A DNA stretch of 64,000 nucleotides. It comes from Bacteroidales bacterium. Lineage in GTDB: Bacteria; Bacteroidota; Bacteroidia; Bacteroidales; UBA12077. The stretch covers positions 41,735 to 105,734 of the forward strand of contig JANQHR010000102.1 in the NCBI GenBank assembly GCA_028282585.1, written 5' to 3'. Made by a program: the position numbers and the translations under genes. Below the pieces are notes generated by a model, which did no database searches, was not told where the DNA came from, and saw only the letters and a program-made list of their open reading frames with translations. This document shows, one piece after another, positions 47,401 through 55,801 of this stretch. How positions within the stretch are numbered: the first letter of the stretch is position 1; every line of letters begins with the position of its first letter.

Positions 47401-50080
47401 TTCAGGTATTATCACTTATAATATAAATACAGGTGCAATAAATGAATACGAATATACGGCCGGAATTTCATACGACTCATCACCATTGGCCATTGAACCT
47501 ATGTTTGGCGATACCATATTTGTGAAAAAAGACCTGGGTTATGTGGCATTCAACACAAAAGATAATACGTTTGGAACGGATAAATATTTCGAGATACCAT
47601 CTTATTATACACAGGATTTAGAACATATAGGAAAAGGCTCGACCTACAATCCTGAAGATGGTAAATTCTATATTGCTTATGCTTATTGGCACGGCACGGG
47701 TGTTGGTCAGATTTATAATAGTGCCTCAGATAGTATAGGTTCGTTTGAAGGTGTTGGCGCATCGCCTGAAGTAGCAAAGATTGCAGATATTTATGAAGGT
47801 AATAACAACCCTACTGCAAGTGGAGAATTAGCTGAAAATGTAAAGTTTGAGGAGCAAACGGAAATTATATTGGGACCAAACATCTTTGAGGATAGTGAAG
47901 ATATTGAACCCACTATTTACTTGTACAACCCGGTAGAATATGAGTGGTTAAGTTATGATATCGATAGTCGCACCTTGACGGCCAACTTACAGGATTTTAC
48001 ACCAGTTGAAACAGAGGTTGATATAATTTTGCAAGCCTTTGACTCACAGGGAGCATTTGTGACGGAAACTCTTACTCTTTATTTTGTAGAGGATCAGGCT
48101 CCGGTAGTATTAAATGCTATTGAAGATGTTGTGGTATTAGAAGATGCAGATGATTACAGCATCTCATTAGAAAATGTTTTTACCGATGTTGATAATGAAG
48201 ATACAGCCATAACTAAATCAATCGTAAGCAATTCGAATAATGCTATTGTTTTGGCAGACATTTCAGGTAATGAATTAACCTTATCTTTTATTGCCGATGC
48301 ATTCGGTAAAGCCGAAATTGTGACTGAAGCTTTATCTAACGGATTGACAATTACCGACACATTTGTTGTAACTGTATCTGCTTTTGATGATGCACCAATG
48401 GTTGCCAATCCAATAGCGGATGTTACTGCAAGATATGAAGATCCTGATAAAGTGATAGATATTAGCAATGTATTTACTGATGTTGATGATGAAACCATAA
48501 GTGTTTCCATATTGTCGAACTCAAATCAGGAATATGCTGCGGCTAGTTTATCAGGTTCAGAATTAACGATCAACTTTATTACAGAGGGAGCAACAACTTT
48601 AATTATAGAAGGCAGTTCAAACGATAAATCAGCTTACGATACCGTAGTTGTTAATGTCGTTAGTGAACTAGCCCCTGTGGTTAATAATCCAATAGCGGAT
48701 ATTACTGCCAATGAAGATGACATCATTGCCGGAATTGATATCGAATTGGTATTTGACGACCCGGACAGCGACAATGCCAGTATCACAAAAGCCGTTAAAA
48801 CCATTTCGAACAGTAGCTTACTAAGTGCAAGTATTGATGGAAATAGTCTATCAATTAGTCTGTTTGAAAATCAGTTCGGAACATCAGAAGTAGTTATTGA
48901 AGCAACTTCGAATGGACTAACCGTTACCGATACATTCATGGTAACCGTAAATGCGGTTGATGATGCACCAGTGGTTGCTAATCCGATAACAGAGTTTAAT
49001 GCTGACGAAGACGAAACCATTGCTGCAATTGATATTTCTACTGTGTTTGATGACATAGACAACGATAATGCTGCCATAACAAAAACTGTTCAGTCTGTTT
49101 CGAACAGAAGCTTGCTAAGTGCAAGTATTGATGGAAATAGTTTATCAATTAGTCTGTTTGAAAATCAGTTCGGAACATCAGAAGTGGTTATTGAAGCAAC
49201 TTCGAATGGACTAAGCGTTACCGATACATTTACGATAACCGTAAATGCGGTTGATGATGCACCAGTGGTAACCAATCCAATAGCTGATATATCAGCAAAA
49301 GATAATGCTCGTGACCAGGTTGTTGATATAAGCAATTTATTTACCGATGTTGATGATGAAACAGTGACTGTTTCTGTATTGTCGAACTCTAACCCAGAGT
49401 TTGCTGCGGCAACATTATCAGGTACTGAATTGACCATCGACTTTATTAAAGAAGGAACCACAACTTTAATCATCGAAGGAAGTTCTAATAGTAAATCGGT
49501 TAATGACATAGTATTAGTTACCGTGGTTGCCGACCAGGCTCCTGAAGTAGCAAACCCAATTGCTGATATTTCAGTTATAGAGAACGCTGCCGACTCAGTT
49601 ATCTCATTGGTAAATGTATTTACGGATGCCGACGACGACGATGGCGCCATAACCAAAACAGTGGTAAGCAATTCGAACGATGCCATTGTTACGGCAGGTA
49701 TTACAGGTAATGAATTAACCTTATCATTTGTCGCCGAAGCTACAGGGGAAGCCGAAATTACAGTTGAAGGAATATCAAACGGCAAATCAGTGGCAGAGAC
49801 TTTCACCGTAACCATTAATCCTGCAACAGGTATGGAAGAGGTTTCTTTTACTGATATAGTACTTTATCCGAATCCGTCAAACGGTATCTTCAGGGTAAAT
49901 ACAAACTTAAGTGAATCATGTGAAGTTCGTATTTTTAATATGAATGGAAATATGGTTTATGCTGAAAATAATTATACTGGCAACAAGGAGATTGATATTA
50001 GTAATCAACCTTCTGGTCAGTATATATTAACCATAAAACATGGAAACAGCATTCAAACGTTATCCATAATTAAAAAATAG
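44426..50080 (+). CDS. 1884-aa T9SS cargo: BtuH-like domain, Ig domains, BtuG/YncE-like beta-propeller, six cadherin/Ig-like repeats, CTD
   Basis: Sec signal; PAPGQFVN..SLGGFGGYIIVGFD..GNAF..EP..DENGNGLPDDTWYELAGSE..GNGFDLEWAVD..GWLGEVSPE (about 45101-45900); propeller about 46760-47790; repeats 48092-49822; C-terminal LYPNPSNG...G.Y.L.I...IIKK type A CTD. Confidence 0.85.
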   Translation: MKQIYSFLLVFAGLFLLGFNSYSQEFTHKEDLNLERIRSSSDYRKTVKFADLFTFPAEVDVKSEISTNADITINFSSTNESNILFDGYYYSIWGGQYFYCRIPANSYGKDTLTITITYNGIEAISKVVVEIDPIECKDDAYDLDIGDTLEVAVTSNDNPKTFFDYTSFEIIQNATSGTHQITGDGTIEYINSESTPNYTNDTIIYRIADTDSNYDTAMVVMSIHKGSYVTKVFDYLPAPGQFVNKSWADPVAGEKVIGNTSGGASLGGFGGYIIVGFDQAIVNRNNNAYGVDFTVKGNAFGGWAEPAAVQVMKDENGNGLPDDTWYELAGSEYYFNTSVKNLTMTYYNPKYNTRATIPYSTNKGINGAMRTNSFHNQPYYPDPYGFEISKDSVSFTGTLTKFLLDKSRSGFVTAKRLPRFGYADNKPNGSNSTIPNNPYTDTKGNGFDLEWAVDAEGNYVDLDTVHFVKVYSTVQEDGGWLGEVSPEIFEIGITTPDPSYVPEDYYIHSIGAGQLQVLKGTSFQYEGILFKNGIPQEGNSTWSTTVDSVGAIDNTGLFTANKLGTTTLRFHIDPAVQKDSITIEVVDLQSVYLELEGNTNSPDSTTVTKGSSLYINAQGEDNRTSPFNNFVYESYNWTSTNPEIGTITNGLFYANQTGTTSIIATSVHHPDLADTMVVEVLPIPALENVSDTIEIAYEQREGSFSNTDLFSIEGGATIFMESLENANNSLMLSLDQNELNYELALGAFGYFPVTFTLEAYNETQEKTIVFKAAEPQTQNSLVFVNGGQFMDLNHPTMLIQYNSSTNKTDTVDNYIAGATSVQDMLVDGNYAFVSADYYITRYDLDEGFATDSIYTQDVSPTEADGTGTEGAGVNHKMAIYNNLLLVTRQFSSAAPQDGYNVRIYNKGDLSLVKKIAVSDQATDVVVAGETAYVMINGGFAGTTSSLAVIDLKTLTLNREIDLGEDGLGVMQMIVKDSLIYGIRLASFMGTFGSGIITYNINTGAINEYEYTAGISYDSSPLAIEPMFGDTIFVKKDLGYVAFNTKDNTFGTDKYFEIPSYYTQDLEHIGKGSTYNPEDGKFYIAYAYWHGTGVGQIYNSASDSIGSFEGVGASPEVAKIADIYEGNNNPTASGELAENVKFEEQTEIILGPNIFEDSEDIEPTIYLYNPVEYEWLSYDIDSRTLTANLQDFTPVETEVDIILQAFDSQGAFVTETLTLYFVEDQAPVVLNAIEDVVVLEDADDYSISLENVFTDVDNEDTAITKSIVSNSNNAIVLADISGNELTLSFIADAFGKAEIVTEALSNGLTITDTFVVTVSAFDDAPMVANPIADVTARYEDPDKVIDISNVFTDVDDETISVSILSNSNQEYAAASLSGSELTINFITEGATTLIIEGSSNDKSAYDTVVVNVVSELAPVVNNPIADITANEDDIIAGIDIELVFDDPDSDNASITKAVKTISNSSLLSASIDGNSLSISLFENQFGTSEVVIEATSNGLTVTDTFMVTVNAVDDAPVVANPITEFNADEDETIAAIDISTVFDDIDNDNAAITKTVQSVSNRSLLSASIDGNSLSISLFENQFGTSEVVIEATSNGLSVTDTFTITVNAVDDAPVVTNPIADISAKDNARDQVVDISNLFTDVDDETVTVSVLSNSNPEFAAATLSGTELTIDFIKEGTTTLIIEGSSNSKSVNDIVLVTVVADQAPEVANPIADISVIENAADSVISLVNVFTDADDDDGAITKTVVSNSNDAIVTAGITGNELTLSFVAEATGEAEITVEGISNGKSVAETFTVTINPATGMEEVSFTDIVLYPNPSNGIFRVNTNLSESCEVRIFNMNGNMVYAENNYTGNKEIDISNQPSGQYILTIKHGNSIQTLSIIKK
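48804..49269 (+). repeat. Near-identical ~172-bp intragenic direct repeat, 294-bp period
   Basis: 48804-48975 versus 49098-49269, from tttcgaacag through gcaagtattgatggaaatag to gatgatgcaccagtggt, with few mismatches. Confidence 0.92.
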
Positions 50081-50087
50081 TATTAAT

Positions 50088-50113
50088 GAAGGAGCGGAAA
50101 GCCGCTCCCTTCT
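50088..50113 (+). terminator. Intra-operon stem-loop
   Basis: gaaggagcgg-aaag-ccgctcccttc with a weak U-tail. A related gagcgg...ccgctc hairpin lies at about 44355-44388. Confidence 0.5.
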
Positions 50114-50125
50114 TAAACTTTTATT

Positions 50126-52582
50126 ATGTCGAAAAGAATTCTCTATATATGTGTAATGCTTGTATGCATGAAACCGCTACAAGCGCAATTTATTTCAGAA
50201 ATAATTGAGTATAAACCTGCACCCGGACAGTTTATTAATACTTCTGCCTGGGGAATGCCTTCGTCGGCGCAAAGTTTAGTTGGAAGTATGAGCGGAGCTT
50301 TAAGCCTTGGAGCTTTTGGAGGATATGTTGTATTCAAATTCGACAATCCGGTTGAAAACCATACCGACAATCCTTATGGGATGGATTTTGTGATTTATGG
50401 CAATCCTTTAAAAAATCTGTCTACTCCAAATTTAAATAACAATGTAACCTGGGCTGAACCGGGCATTGTTTCCGTTATGAAAGATGAGAATGAAAACGGA
50501 TTGCCTGATGATACCTGGTACGAACTGGCCGGCTGCGATTATTTCTTTTCGACAACCCAAAAAAATTACGAAGTAACTTATACTAACCCGGGCGGCACTA
50601 CTGCCACTGATGTTCCATGGACCGACAATCAGAGTGATTCGGGTTTTGTATTTGCCAACTCTTTCCATTCACAGGCTTATTATCCATTGCCTGAGAATTT
50701 CTCTAATGTAGATACTTCCCAATATACATTAAGAGGAACACGCATCAAAGATTTTGTTGACCGAACCAACCCAAGTTACATAACCGCAGCAGGTCGTCTG
50801 TGGGGTTACGTTGATAACAATTTAAGAAATACATACAACGGGTATCCCGATAATCCCTACACCGATAATGTGGAAGAAGGCTCAGGAGGTGATGCTTTTG
50901 ACATTAGTTGGGCAGTGGATGCTGACGGAAATTATGTTGACCTTAATGAAATTAATTTTGTTAAAGTCCATAATGCTACTTTAGCTGATGCAGGATGGTT
51001 GGGTGAAGTCTCCACCGAAATCACAGGAGCTTTCGATGTAGCACCTGATGCAAGCTATTCGGAATGGGATTCAACATCATTGGTGCTAAATAATATACCT
51101 ATTCTTGTAAGTGTTGGCGCAAACTATCAACTGGAAGCTGCCTTTTTTGTAAAAGGACGAAAAATTAATATAGACAACATAGAATGGGCAGCAACGCCCG
51201 AATCAAAAGTATCCATTGATGAAAATAACTTATTAGCAACTGTCGATACCGGAAATGTAACTATTACTGCCAGTTGCACTTACGCGGGAAATACGTATTC
51301 AACCTCAATGATTACGACCATTATTGCACCTGCTGCTATAGAAATTGTTTTTGACCAAACTGAAATTCAGGTAGGGCAAAAATATTTAATAAAAGCTGTT
51401 GTAAAGGACCAAAATGAAGGGGAACTTTCAGGATTAACCAATGTATGGGAACCATCTAATGATAATGTACAGGTAATAGAAGAAAATGACAGTTCATACC
51501 TTGCAGGAGTAAAAACCGGCACATCCACTATTTATGTTTATCCGGCAGGTTACCCCGACATTCGCGACTCAATTGAGGTAACGATTCTGGAAGCAGCTGA
51601 TTCAATTGCTGCTTTCTTAACAATTAAAACCAACACGCATACATTTGTTCCTAAAACCAAAATTGAACTAAGTAATTTTGAACTCACCCCGTTTATTTCA
51701 GAATCAAACCATAATTACGGCCTTAGTGATGTTCCAAATGTTACGGCTGCACACGCTGTGGCTTCGATATTTGAGAATGTTTCGTTCGAAAGCGACCTGC
51801 GTTTCAAAGACACAGAGGAAAATGGACTTTACCTATACAAACTACCGGTAAGTTCCGGTTCGCAAATAAAATACTATTACGGTTATGGTAATAGTGATGT
51901 TGATAAAAGCTGTTGGATGATAAATATTGGGGATAATACCTATTTCAATAATCTTGAAGATGTGGTGCTTTTCGAAAACGATAATTTAGTTGCCTACTAT
52001 GTAGAGGATATAACTGCTAACTGGAACCTTTACAATTTAACCGGTTCGGAAACAGCAATTAATGTGGGTGCATCGATTGATATAACTCTTATGCAGGAAA
52101 CCTTTTATCTGTATAGTGAGACAACCGTTATAAACGAAGGAATTTCTCCGGCAGCAAACATAGCAGTATATATTAACGGAGAAGTTTTAATGGAAGGAGG
52201 TGACACCATTAAAACAAATAACGAGGGAAAAGCAACACTAATTTTCAACGAGCCGAGCTCTTATACCATAGCAGCTGCAACAGAACAAATCAATTTAGTT
52301 GTAAACAATAGTACTGATATTCAGGAAAAAACTACAAAGGATTTTACTGTTTATCCTAATCCGGCAAATGAGAGATTCTCAATCGCTTTTCCATTCTCAA
52401 AAAATGAAATCATAGATTTAAAAATCTTCTCAGCAACAGGCCGCTTGGTTTATCAGAATAAATACCATAGTTCGAATTCACTGATAAATATAAATACAAC
52501 AAGCTGGAGTAACGGGTTATATATTATACAAATTGAATCATATTCCGGAAGAGTTGTAAAAAAAATGATGATTAACCATTAA
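50126..52582 (+). CDS. 818-aa T9SS cargo: BtuH-like domain, Ig domains, unknown domain, CTD
   Basis: Signal peptide ending QA-Q; YKPAPGQFIN, SLGAFGGYVVFKFD, WAEPGIVSVMKDENENGLPDDTWYELAG, GDAFDISWAVD, GWLGEVSTEI; C-terminal VYPNPA...GLYIIQI...KKMMINH. Confidence 0.85.
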   Translation: MSKRILYICVMLVCMKPLQAQFISEIIEYKPAPGQFINTSAWGMPSSAQSLVGSMSGALSLGAFGGYVVFKFDNPVENHTDNPYGMDFVIYGNPLKNLSTPNLNNNVTWAEPGIVSVMKDENENGLPDDTWYELAGCDYFFSTTQKNYEVTYTNPGGTTATDVPWTDNQSDSGFVFANSFHSQAYYPLPENFSNVDTSQYTLRGTRIKDFVDRTNPSYITAAGRLWGYVDNNLRNTYNGYPDNPYTDNVEEGSGGDAFDISWAVDADGNYVDLNEINFVKVHNATLADAGWLGEVSTEITGAFDVAPDASYSEWDSTSLVLNNIPILVSVGANYQLEAAFFVKGRKINIDNIEWAATPESKVSIDENNLLATVDTGNVTITASCTYAGNTYSTSMITTIIAPAAIEIVFDQTEIQVGQKYLIKAVVKDQNEGELSGLTNVWEPSNDNVQVIEENDSSYLAGVKTGTSTIYVYPAGYPDIRDSIEVTILEAADSIAAFLTIKTNTHTFVPKTKIELSNFELTPFISESNHNYGLSDVPNVTAAHAVASIFENVSFESDLRFKDTEENGLYLYKLPVSSGSQIKYYYGYGNSDVDKSCWMINIGDNTYFNNLEDVVLFENDNLVAYYVEDITANWNLYNLTGSETAINVGASIDITLMQETFYLYSETTVINEGISPAANIAVYINGEVLMEGGDTIKTNNEGKATLIFNEPSSYTIAAATEQINLVVNNSTDIQEKTTKDFTVYPNPANERFSIAFPFSKNEIIDLKIFSATGRLVYQNKYHSSNSLININTTSWSNGLYIIQIESYSGRVVKKMMINH

Positions 52583-52588
52583 GAAATC

Positions 52589-54601
52589 ATGAAATATAAA
52601 ATTACTCTCATTTTGCTTTTTATTAGCGTTAAACTCTTTTCTCAGGCAGTAATTGATACCATAGCAATTGAAGAAGTAACCATTTCAGCCAAAAGGATAT
52701 TTAAGAAGGAATATGCAGGCCAAAAAATATCCAAGGTAGATTCTGTTGTATTGTTAGATAAATTCAACCAGAATCTTTCTGATGTATTATCGGAAAATAC
52801 TTCGGTATACATTAAAGAGCATGGACGAGGTGCATTAGCAACTGCATCGTTTAGAGGAACAGCAGCAACACATACTCAAGTTTTATGGAATGGAATGAAT
52901 ATTAACTCCCCCATGTTGGGAATGGTAGATTTTTCGTTGATCCCTGTGTATATTATTGACGATTTAAGCTTAAACCATGGGGGTAGTTCCATTAAAGAAC
53001 AAAGCGGAGGTTTAGGTGGAAGCGTAAACATCAACAATAAGGTTGACTGGAACAACCGTTTTAGCGGCCGGTATTACCAGGGAGTTGGAAGTTACTCAAG
53101 CTTCGATGAGTTTGGGCAGGTTAACATTGGCAATAAAAAAATTCAATCCAAAACTCGCGTATATTCTAACAAATCAAAAAATGATTACTCTTTTATAAAT
53201 AAATCAATTACCGAACGCCCCAAAGTTAAAAATGAGAATGCTGATTATTCAAAATATGGATTTGCCCAAGAAATCTATTTCAGGACAAACGAATATAATT
53301 ACATTTCTCTTAAAACATGGGGACAACTTGCTCAACGGTCACTACCAACAGTCCAAAGTTACGAAGGTTCTGATCATGCCAATTTAAACTCACAAGACGA
53401 TAATACATTTAAGGCTGTTGCCGAATGGAAACATTACAGAAGCGAAAGTAAACTTCATATTAGTTCTGGTTATGACTACCAATCTCTTGATTATATATTG
53501 GAAAATGAGGTAAATGGTATAGGAAAAGTGCCTGCAATTTATTCTGAAAGTATCATGCAAAGTATCCATGGTAATGCAAAATATGGTTATGACTTTACTG
53601 AGAATTTCCAATTTAATTTATCGCTTAATTATAAACATTACAATGTTAACACCAAAGATTCGGTACTAAAAACCGGGTATGATGTTATACGAGATGACTT
53701 TTCTGTATTTGGAGGATTCTACTTAAACGTTTTTAAGAAATTTAATATCTCTTTAATGCTTCGTGATGATATTATAGATTTTAATTTATCACCTTTAATA
53801 TTTAACCTGGGTGTTAGTTACAAACCTTTTTTAAATACTGATTTAGTGATTAAAGGTAGCTTTGCCCGAAATTACCACCATCCTACCCTTAATGACTTAT
53901 ATTGGCAACCTGGCGGTAATCCTGAACTAAAAGCAGAAGAAGGATATACTGAAGATATGACTATTACGTATGCTTTAAGTAATAGTAGAATTCAAGTGAG
54001 CAGTGAATTAACGGGCTTTTATTCCGACATAAACAACTGGATTATTTGGCTACCCAGTTTCAAAGGATACTGGGAACCATTTAATATTAAAAGAGTGAAA
54101 TCTTATGGTTTGGAATATAACCTTAAAGTAACAAGCTACATTCAAAAGTTAAATATTCAATTACAAGGAAATTACGGCCTTACAAAATCATTAAACTATG
54201 GCGATCCTTTAACATGGGGTGATGAATCGTATAAAAAGCAACTACCATTTATTCCCGTGCATTCCGGAAACTTCTTAACGCAACTAAAATACCAGGGTTA
54301 TTACATAAGGTATCAGTTTAATGCTTACAGCGAAAGGTTTACGATGACTAGTAATAAAGTAGGGCTCGAAGATGATTCTGGCGATTTAGGTGTAAGCCAA
54401 AATACCGGAAAATTAGGCTGGTACTATCCTTATTATATGAGTAACCTGACTATTGGAAAAGAATACGATGTAAAAAAATATACCCTTGGAGTAGAGTTAA
54501 AAATTAACAATCTGTTCGACGAAGAATACCGGTCTGTATTAAATAGGTATATGCCTGGCAGATACTTCACCTTATTACTAAAAATCTCCTTCAAAAAATA
54601 A
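52589..54601 (+). CDS. btuB: TonB-dependent corrinoid receptor
   Basis: IEEVTISA TonB box; GRGALATASFRGTAATHTQVLWNGMNINSPMLGMVDFSLIP plug; PTLNDLYWQPGGNPELKAE; lies under a B12 riboswitch directly upstream of btuG. Confidence 0.88.
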   Translation: MKYKITLILLFISVKLFSQAVIDTIAIEEVTISAKRIFKKEYAGQKISKVDSVVLLDKFNQNLSDVLSENTSVYIKEHGRGALATASFRGTAATHTQVLWNGMNINSPMLGMVDFSLIPVYIIDDLSLNHGGSSIKEQSGGLGGSVNINNKVDWNNRFSGRYYQGVGSYSSFDEFGQVNIGNKKIQSKTRVYSNKSKNDYSFINKSITERPKVKNENADYSKYGFAQEIYFRTNEYNYISLKTWGQLAQRSLPTVQSYEGSDHANLNSQDDNTFKAVAEWKHYRSESKLHISSGYDYQSLDYILENEVNGIGKVPAIYSESIMQSIHGNAKYGYDFTENFQFNLSLNYKHYNVNTKDSVLKTGYDVIRDDFSVFGGFYLNVFKKFNISLMLRDDIIDFNLSPLIFNLGVSYKPFLNTDLVIKGSFARNYHHPTLNDLYWQPGGNPELKAEEGYTEDMTITYALSNSRIQVSSELTGFYSDINNWIIWLPSFKGYWEPFNIKRVKSYGLEYNLKVTSYIQKLNIQLQGNYGLTKSLNYGDPLTWGDESYKKQLPFIPVHSGNFLTQLKYQGYYIRYQFNAYSERFTMTSNKVGLEDDSGDLGVSQNTGKLGWYYPYYMSNLTIGKEYDVKKYTLGVELKINNLFDEEYRSVLNRYMPGRYFTLLLKISFKK

Positions 54602-54631
54602 CATTTAGAAAATGATTAAAACTATAAGACA

Positions 54632-55759
54632 ATGAAAAAATATTTTTTCATATTCCTCATAAGCACACTAATTTATTCTTGTATGGAAGATGATGAACTT
54701 ACCGAGTTTAATAAACTTGAAGTGAAACAAGATACATCGCTTACCAATTATATCAGAAATCAACGGGGCGTGTTTATTACCAACGAAGGTAATTTTATGT
54801 ACGATAATGCTTCTCTCTCCTATTACATGATTGATTCGATGAAAAACCTGAACAATGTATTTTACAGAACAAATGCTGTTCCATTGGGAGATGTAGCTCA
54901 ATCTATGGCTATTCGCGACTCTTTAGGTTATATAGTGGTTAATAATTCAGGAAAAGTATATGTAATTAATATTAACACTTTCGGTTATGTTGGTAAAATT
55001 ACCGGATTAACCTCTCCCCGGTATATTCATTTTATCAACGATCAAAAAGCTTACATAACGGACCTTTACGCAAAGTCCATTGCCATTGTAAATCCTAAAA
55101 CATTCCAAATTATAGGCTCTATAAATGTGGATAATCATTCCTCTGAATTTTATCAGCATCCTACCGAGCAAATGGTACAATACGGTAAATATGTATTTAC
55201 AAACTGTTGGTCGTACGATAATCAGATTTTAGTTATTGATAGCGAAACTGACCGGGTCATTGATTCTATTAAAGTCCTTAAACAACCCACTTCGCTTGTT
55301 CTTGATAAATACAATAAAATATGGACCGTAACCGATGGAGGGTATTACGGTAGTCCCTACGGACACGAAGCTCCCGGGCTAATTTGCATTGATGCGGAAA
55401 CACGTAAAGTAGAGAAAATTTTTAGATTTGAATTGGGCGATTGGCCTTCTGAAGTATGCTTAAATGGTACCAAGGATACACTTTATTTTATTAACCGTCA
55501 CATATTCCGTTTACCTGTTACTGCTGTCATCTTCCCCGATGAGCCTTTTATTGAAAGTCATTACGAAGGAAACTATTCCGGTGGGTATTATGGATTAACT
55601 GTTGATCCGGTAAGTTCTGAGATTTATGTCGCCGATGCCATAGATTATGTTCAACAAGGTGTAACGTACCGATACTCACCTCAAGGTGAACCGGTAGATA
55701 CCTTTAAGGTAGGTATCATTCCTGGAGCATTTTGCTTTAAACCAAGCAATCAAAAATAA
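54632..55759 (+). CDS. btuG: Surface B12-binding beta-propeller lipoprotein
   Basis: Lipobox IYSC plus an acidic export signal; [60 protein letters not shown]. Confidence 0.88.
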   Translation: MKKYFFIFLISTLIYSCMEDDELTEFNKLEVKQDTSLTNYIRNQRGVFITNEGNFMYDNASLSYYMIDSMKNLNNVFYRTNAVPLGDVAQSMAIRDSLGYIVVNNSGKVYVININTFGYVGKITGLTSPRYIHFINDQKAYITDLYAKSIAIVNPKTFQIIGSINVDNHSSEFYQHPTEQMVQYGKYVFTNCWSYDNQILVIDSETDRVIDSIKVLKQPTSLVLDKYNKIWTVTDGGYYGSPYGHEAPGLICIDAETRKVEKIFRFELGDWPSEVCLNGTKDTLYFINRHIFRLPVTAVIFPDEPFIESHYEGNYSGGYYGLTVDPVSSEIYVADAIDYVQQGVTYRYSPQGEPVDTFKVGIIPGAFCFKPSNQK

Positions 55760-55801
55760 TTATATCAAATAACCTATTCAAAAATTAAATTTAATTAAAC
55801 A

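Noticed and set aside
49165-49815. 216-aa antisense ORF (also 48154-48510, 48871-49077 and 62875-63138)
   Set aside because: Shadow frames of the repeat stalks caused by codon bias on the sense strand.
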